A stretch of 32,000 nucleotides of DNA from Ignicoccus pacificus DSM 13166 (GTDB taxonomy: Archaea > Thermoproteota > Thermoprotei_A > Sulfolobales > Ignicoccaceae): the NCBI GenBank assembly GCA_025340205.1, contig CP006868.1, positions 330,001 to 362,000 on the forward strand, written 5' to 3'. The position numbers were made by a program, and so were the translations under genes. The notes under the pieces are model-generated. The model searched no databases, was not told the DNA's origin, and worked only from the letters and a program-made list of their open reading frames with translations. Below, piece after piece: positions 26,852 to 32,000 of the stretch; the stretch's first letter is position 1; every line of letters begins with the position of its first letter.

Positions 26852-28555
26852 ATGCTAAAGGAGATAGCTATATTGTCATTATTCTATGTCCCTCTTCTCT
26901 TCATTTCACCCAACTTGTTCTTGAATTTTCCACTTTGGGGTTTGCTATTTCTTGCACTTACAATAACTTATGTCCTAGCTAGGAAAAAGGACGCACTGCT
27001 GTTTCTTCCCGAGATACTGAAAAAGAAGGAAGTAAAGGAGAACGTATTCTACGCTATATTGATAGAAGCAATTTATAGAGGCTATCTTTGGTTAATTCTG
27101 ATTAACTATGGTTACATCGTCGCGGTTGTTGGTGAGCTAGTGATTCCGATACTTGTAAGAGCAATTGTTTCCTATTCCTTTGGAATACTCCCAAACTCTC
27201 TCTATTCAGTCAAAAAAGAAAGAACAGGAGAAATCGATAGTATGTTTGTCAAGGTTGGCTTCCGCTTGGTGAGACCTTTAGAGAGATTGACTATAATGCC
27301 CTCAACCTCCTTTAGGAAAATAGATTTGATCGGCTATGTTTCTAATACAGTTTTCCCTACCCTACTTATCTCCCTCTCTGACTCGTTGAGCTTGACGTTA
27401 ATAGCAAAAATGTCGTTATTCATACTAATTCTTTTAAATTATCATTATAAGGAAAACTGTGAAAGGAAGGGAAATGCTGTAATATGCAAAATACCTTCCG
27501 GTACGGTAAGGGTATCTTCAAGAATCAAGATTACTGGTTGTCATGGTGATCCCGGGCAATTTATTGAGGTCAGAAATTGTAATGCTCAATTAGAAGTGAT
27601 TACAAGTGAGCTAGGAATCGAAACTTCTTCAGAGAAAGTTGAAGTTGAGATGAAAGGTCTTGGTGGTTATACTAAGAAAGAGTTAGAAGTTAATGAAGAG
27701 GACTTACTGATTTATCCTATTTGGGTAAAAAAGAGAATAGGACATTTTCACATCCGCTCTCAAGGAACTTTCGCAATAACCTCTTCACCCTACTTGTATA
27801 TACTTACCCCTAGAGGGGAAGTAGAGTTTGGATTAATGAATAGTAGAATTGGTGATGGTATTTTACATAACAATTTTCTCTTTTATACGATATGGCCTGA
27901 TTCCATAATAGTTAGAAATATGGAGAGCCATATTGAGAGAAAAATATCCAATAGGAGATCGTCTACGTTCCTAATTAGACTGATCGGCGACTATCTAATC
28001 GTCTGCTGGAGGGGCTGTACTGCCTTTAAGGTGTATTTAGACAAGTTCGATAAGTTCGACAAATCAATTGTCGAGGAACTATGGCATTTGTCATTCTATG
28101 GTCTCGTAGATAAAAGGATAGAGTATAGAGAGGGTCTCCTTTACATGCCTGTGGTACTCGGAGATTTACTTATAACAGATGTTGAGAGTGGTAGAGTACT
28201 CAATAGGTTGAAGTTCGGCAAGTATAATACTCCCATGAGCGTTGCACTAAGAGAAAACGAACTCTATTTGCTTCTGACTCGTGAACTAAGGGTTTACGAT
28301 ATTAGCTCTCCAGAAGAACCTAAGCTACTATGGAAGAAAAAGTTACCTACAGAAGCCATCGACGTAGCTGTTTCAAACAGAGGTGAGATAGCAATAACCT
28401 TTAGCGGCGACAACTCGTTTATAGTATTAGATCCCGAAGGCAACACCATTTTCAGAAAGAGAGTGAGTTATACAATGCAAGGTGTTGCTTGGCTAGATGA
28501 CATATTGCTCGTCGGGGTACTTCCAGATCAACTCCACGCCTACAAAAGGCTCTAA
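26852..28555 (+). CDS. Polytopic membrane protein with C-terminal propeller-like domain
   Basis: Several hydrophobic helices in the first ~210 aa, then WD/PQQ-like repeats ending in EIAITFSGDNSFIVLDPEGNTIFRKRV. Confidence 0.6.
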   Translation: MLKEIAILSLFYVPLLFISPNLFLNFPLWGLLFLALTITYVLARKKDALLFLPEILKKKEVKENVFYAILIEAIYRGYLWLILINYGYIVAVVGELVIPILVRAIVSYSFGILPNSLYSVKKERTGEIDSMFVKVGFRLVRPLERLTIMPSTSFRKIDLIGYVSNTVFPTLLISLSDSLSLTLIAKMSLFILILLNYHYKENCERKGNAVICKIPSGTVRVSSRIKITGCHGDPGQFIEVRNCNAQLEVITSELGIETSSEKVEVEMKGLGGYTKKELEVNEEDLLIYPIWVKKRIGHFHIRSQGTFAITSSPYLYILTPRGEVEFGLMNSRIGDGILHNNFLFYTIWPDSIIVRNMESHIERKISNRRSSTFLIRLIGDYLIVCWRGCTAFKVYLDKFDKFDKSIVEELWHLSFYGLVDKRIEYREGLLYMPVVLGDLLITDVESGRVLNRLKFGKYNTPMSVALRENELYLLLTRELRVYDISSPEEPKLLWKKKLPTEAIDVAVSNRGEIAITFSGDNSFIVLDPEGNTIFRKRVSYTMQGVAWLDDILLVGVLPDQLHAYKRL

Positions 28556-28591
28556 ACGATTTCCCCAAACCAGTTCAGCGGTCAGTTCGAG

Positions 28592-29827
28592 ATGCCTTCC
28601 TTGAGGGAACTCGCTGAGACCTTGGGAGCTGAGCATCTAGGAACTATCAAGAAAGATCAAGTGACGGAGATTATAAAGAAGTACGAGAAGCTGGGTAAGC
28701 CAATAATCTACAAAGTTGAAGGATCAGACGTAGAAGTACTCTCGGCCCTCTACTCAAGCAGGGAGGCCGTCTGGAAGGCCTTGGACTCGAGAAGCGATGA
28801 GGAGGCTTACAGGAAGCTCTTAGAGCTGAAAAAAGGAGAACTGAAAGAAATTCCCTTCAAATTCAGGGAATTAGATAGCCTAGATTCCATACCTTGGGTC
28901 AAGTTCTATCCTAAGGACGGAGGAGAGTACCAAACCGCTTCCATCTTCATTGCCTGCAGAAAGGGGATATGCAACTCCTCCTTCCACAGGGTAATGAAGC
29001 TCGACGCAAAGAGATGTGCGGTAAGACTCGTCCCAAGGCACCTCTACACTATGCATAAGGAGGCCGTAGAGGAGGAAGAGGAGCTCCCGGTAGCCGTGGT
29101 AATAGGCGCTCCCAGCGAGGTGGAGTTCGCCTCTGCATTAAGCGTTCCTTTCGGAACGTTCGAGCTGGAGATAGCTGCCGGGATAGCGGGAAGCTTGGAG
29201 ATAGCCAAGACTCCCCTCTACTCCCTCCCCGTCCCAGCTAGGTCGGCGGTAGTGATGGAGGGAAGGCTGACCAAGGAGAGGGTCAAGGAAGGACCCTTCG
29301 TGGATCTCCTCCATACCTACGATAAGGTTAGGGATGAGCCTGTCTTGGTAATTGATAAAGTTTACTGGAATCCATCCGAGCTCTTCCACTTGATCCTTCC
29401 TGGAGGGAGGGAACACCAGTACCTAATGGGATATCCCAGGGAGGCGAGCATTTGGGACTCTGTGAGGAAGGTGGTTCCTAAGGTCCACAAGGTTAGGTTG
29501 ACTCCAGGCGGAGGGATGTGGCTTCACGCTGTGGTAAGCGTCACCAAGGCAAGCGACGGGGATGCCAAGAACGCTATCATGGCTGCCTTTACTGGTCATC
29601 CATCCCTCAAGCACGTGGTAATAGTGGACGAGGACGTGGATCCGGACGACCCGGAGCAAGTGGAGTGGGCGATAGCGACCAGGTTCCAAGCGTGGAGGGA
29701 CTTGGTAGTGGTCAACTACGCCAGAGGATCTTCCTTGGATCCCAGCGCTGAGGGGTATACCTCAAAGGTAGGAATAGATGCCACTGCTCCTATTAAAGAG
29801 AAGGAGAAGTTCGAGAGAGTGGAATGA
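28592..29827 (+). CDS. UbiD-family decarboxylase
   Basis: PARSAVVMEGRL..., LPGGREHQYLMGYPREASIWDSV, HPSLKHVVIVDEDVDPDDPEQVEWAIATRFQAWRD. Confidence 0.85.
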   Translation: MPSLRELAETLGAEHLGTIKKDQVTEIIKKYEKLGKPIIYKVEGSDVEVLSALYSSREAVWKALDSRSDEEAYRKLLELKKGELKEIPFKFRELDSLDSIPWVKFYPKDGGEYQTASIFIACRKGICNSSFHRVMKLDAKRCAVRLVPRHLYTMHKEAVEEEEELPVAVVIGAPSEVEFASALSVPFGTFELEIAAGIAGSLEIAKTPLYSLPVPARSAVVMEGRLTKERVKEGPFVDLLHTYDKVRDEPVLVIDKVYWNPSELFHLILPGGREHQYLMGYPREASIWDSVRKVVPKVHKVRLTPGGGMWLHAVVSVTKASDGDAKNAIMAAFTGHPSLKHVVIVDEDVDPDDPEQVEWAIATRFQAWRDLVVVNYARGSSLDPSAEGYTSKVGIDATAPIKEKEKFERVE

Positions 29828-29866
29828 AGGTCAGGGGGACTTGCCGCTCCTCACCTCTCGGAACCC

Positions 29867-30373
29867 CTAACCCCTCATCACACCTTCTCTATACAAATTG
29901 GAAATCAAGTCCGCCAGCTCTATGCCCCACCTCTTGAGCTTCTTCCTCCTTTTACACTTGCACAACACCCTCTTCCCAGCCGCTTCCCTAATCTTACACT
30001 CAACCTTGTACCTCCTCTTTACCTCTCTCACGAACTCCTCGAAGTTTCCAATGATAAGACCGTCGTCGAGCACCATCTCCGTAGGCCTTACTGAACTGTA
30101 AACCCTTGAGATGATCTTTTCCGCGAGCTTTCTTTTCGTTTCGCCTAGCTTATGAGGAACGTAAGCGCCCCGCTCACAGAAGTAGAGCAGCCAGCCTATC
30201 GCCCTCTGAGGGTCAAAGGAGGAGCACTTGAACCAATGGCGGGCCTTCTCCGGACAGCAAGAGCACTCCATGACCCTCTTTAGCTCGTAGTACGCCTTCT
30301 CATCATCCTTTACGCAAACGGCGCACACCGCCACGAGCTTATCATCGAACGATTCGTCCATGAAACACATCAA
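29867..30373 (-). CDS. DUF3800-like protein (predicted RNase H-like fold)
   Basis: MMCFMDESFDDKLVAVCAVCV, VLDDG, IELADLISNLYR. Confidence 0.5.
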   Translation of the reverse strand: MMCFMDESFDDKLVAVCAVCVKDDEKAYYELKRVMECSCCPEKARHWFKCSSFDPQRAIGWLLYFCERGAYVPHKLGETKRKLAEKIISRVYSSVRPTEMVLDDGLIIGNFEEFVREVKRRYKVECKIREAAGKRVLCKCKRRKKLKRWGIELADLISNLYREGVMRG

Positions 30374-30470
30374 CGCTATCTAACTTTTAAGGCATTGGAG
30401 ATAGGTTTTAATGGCCGATGAGGCCACCGGATGCCCCCCCGATGAGGGGGTCGAAGGAGGGGCGAGGCAG

Positions 30471-31826
30471 CTACTTCCCTTCAAACAGCTTGTAGACGTT
30501 GAGGAATCCCCTGTACTTCCCGTTCTCAACGACTGCGATTATGGGAGCTCCTAACTCCCACCTTGAAGATATCACCTTCCATAAAGGAGTGGAGCACTCG
30601 AAGGTAGGGATCCCCTCCTCCATTACTTCCTCAACGGTTGCACTGGGATTAACTATGAGATCTATTGCTGAGACCCAGCCTATGGGCTTCTCCCCTTGGA
30701 CCACCGGAACCGCTGGCCTCTCCTTGCTCAACACCTTCAAAGCTTCCTCGGCCTTCTGCCAAGGCTCGACGTAAGTGGGATCCAGAGGAAGCTCTCCGAG
30801 CCTTAAGGGACTTCCCATTCTCCCCCTAAAAGCCAAGGAGGGGATCAAAGCTCCCAAGACTATTGCAACCAGAGGAGCGGAGTAGAGGTCTCCCCTCAGT
30901 CCGGAGGAGAGGAGCAAGGCGCTGTCGGCCCCTCCCTTGACCGCTCCGGCTAGAGCCTTCTTAGCATCTTTGAAGAAGAGGAAGGAAAGAAGAATCTTCG
31001 TGCCTATTACCATTCCTCCCAAGAGCCAAGGGTAAGGATCTAAGGAGAGGCCCCCGCTACCGACGCTCAAGAAGAAGAGGGGTTCCAAGAAGGTCTCGCT
31101 TATGGCCTTGAGTCTCCTCTTTGTCCAAGGCCTTTCGTTGAGATAATCGCTCATGAAGATACCCAAAGCTAAGGCTAGTACCACGTAACTGAATCCATAG
31201 AGCTCTGGAATGAAGGAAATCAAGATGAGGAGGGCTAGAAACGTAGCAGCGACTACTGAAGGACTGTGAGCATGATCATCGAAGCTAAGCATGGTCTTGA
31301 GGGCTTTTTCTCCTAGCTTCAAGGAAACCAACGCCACGAGCACGCCAAGGGCCACTTCAGCAGCTCCTCCCTTGAAGCCGCTAAACACAATTATTCCTAC
31401 AGCCTCTGCAAAAGCTAAGGAAATGAGTAAGTCTTCCATCCTCGCTCCCGGCTTTTCCTTAATCAGCTTGGCGAGAACTCCGACCCCTGGAAGGGAAGCT
31501 ATTATCGCCGCTTCCAGACCCCTGGGCTGGGGCACCAGAAGCCAGAACAGCGCTGTAGGGACCAAGAGTATTACCAATCCCCTGAGAGCGCTTTGGTAGC
31601 CCATCCTCGACTGGCCTACCTCCTCTACTCCCGCGAAGAAGACGAGGAGGGCCCCTCCAAGAGTTGCTAAAGGAGCTATTGGGTGGAGATCGATCTTTCC
31701 AGCTAATAGAATGCCGGCCACCAGCGGACCGACCATTCCCGGGAGCCCTAGCCACCTGGCAACGCTCTCGCTCACTCCCCCCACGAGGAGGGCAATGCCT
31801 AAGGTCAGTAGTTCAGCAACGTTCAC
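30471..31826 (-). CDS. Cation/proton antiporter-like (CPA2/KefB-like) membrane protein with C-terminal CBS-like pair
   Basis: GLPGMVGPLVAGILLAG, 10+ hydrophobic segments, then RPAVPVVQGEKPIGWVSAIDLI...IIAVVENGKYRGFLNVYKLF. Confidence 0.75.
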   Translation of the reverse strand: MNVAELLTLGIALLVGGVSESVARWLGLPGMVGPLVAGILLAGKIDLHPIAPLATLGGALLVFFAGVEEVGQSRMGYQSALRGLVILLVPTALFWLLVPQPRGLEAAIIASLPGVGVLAKLIKEKPGARMEDLLISLAFAEAVGIIVFSGFKGGAAEVALGVLVALVSLKLGEKALKTMLSFDDHAHSPSVVAATFLALLILISFIPELYGFSYVVLALALGIFMSDYLNERPWTKRRLKAISETFLEPLFFLSVGSGGLSLDPYPWLLGGMVIGTKILLSFLFFKDAKKALAGAVKGGADSALLLSSGLRGDLYSAPLVAIVLGALIPSLAFRGRMGSPLRLGELPLDPTYVEPWQKAEEALKVLSKERPAVPVVQGEKPIGWVSAIDLIVNPSATVEEVMEEGIPTFECSTPLWKVISSRWELGAPIIAVVENGKYRGFLNVYKLFEGK

Positions 31827-32000
31827 CCTCGAAGCCTTGTTCTGCCTCTAAGCCCTCCCTTAACTCGCTTACACTTAGCAAGAAGTTCTTTATTACAGAC
31901 TGAACGAACTCCAGCTCCCTCTCATTTGAAGGCTTATGACCCATCCCCTCCACTATTACCAAGTCGCAGTTCTTCACCTTCTTACAGAACCTCACGCTCT
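31813..32000 (-). CDS. C-terminal portion of a gene extending beyond the window, possibly alpha/beta hydrolase
   Basis: ...CDLVIVEGMGHKPSNERELEFVQSVIKNFLL resembles the catalytic-His C-terminus of alpha/beta hydrolases. Confidence 0.35.
   Translation of the reverse strand, partial: SVRFCKKVKNCDLVIVEGMGHKPSNERELEFVQSVIKNFLLSVSELREGLEAEQGFEGERC

Noticed and set aside
28046-28072. Small tandem repeat FDKFDKFDK
   Set aside because: Only two to three imperfect units within a coding region; no evidence of a larger repeat.
1-32000. CRISPR array or intact transposon/IS element
   Set aside because: No regularly spaced direct repeats and no recognisable transposase or terminal inverted repeats seen by eye; the Cas4-like fragment alone does not imply an array in this window.

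Overview
The window is ordinary-density chromosomal DNA from a hyperthermophilic archaeon. The evidence is a full reverse gyrase, SRP54, an archaeal-type TrpRS, Trm14-like and V4R proteins, PaREP1-like and LysZ-like genes, TATA-type promoters and ATGA/GTGA coupled starts. It is probably Crenarchaeota/Desulfurococcales, which is an inference. Most of the window is housekeeping genes on both strands. Four accessory areas stand out. (1) The main candidate system is a six-gene, same-strand, visibly AT-richer cluster at 21303-28555. It encodes a HELYH (HEXXH) protein, an unknown that may be a degenerate VWA partner, a small unknown, a beta-rich/propeller-like protein, a large MoxR-like AAA+ ATPase and a membrane protein with a propeller-like C-terminal half. 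(2) A RelE/RelB-type toxin-antitoxin region at 511-1382 has an intact relE, a convergent overlapping antitoxin ORF missed by the ORF track, and a second frameshifted relBE pair. (3) A PIN-like gene at 11467-12485 has an unrecognised, translationally coupled partner. (4) Several intergenic RNA or operator candidates are present, including C/D-box-like RNAs, twin GATGA-loop hairpins and a perfect palindrome at a PadR promoter. The window starts inside a probable Cas4-like nuclease gene. No CRISPR array, rRNA or intact transposon was seen. All family names are from motif reading only; no database search was run.
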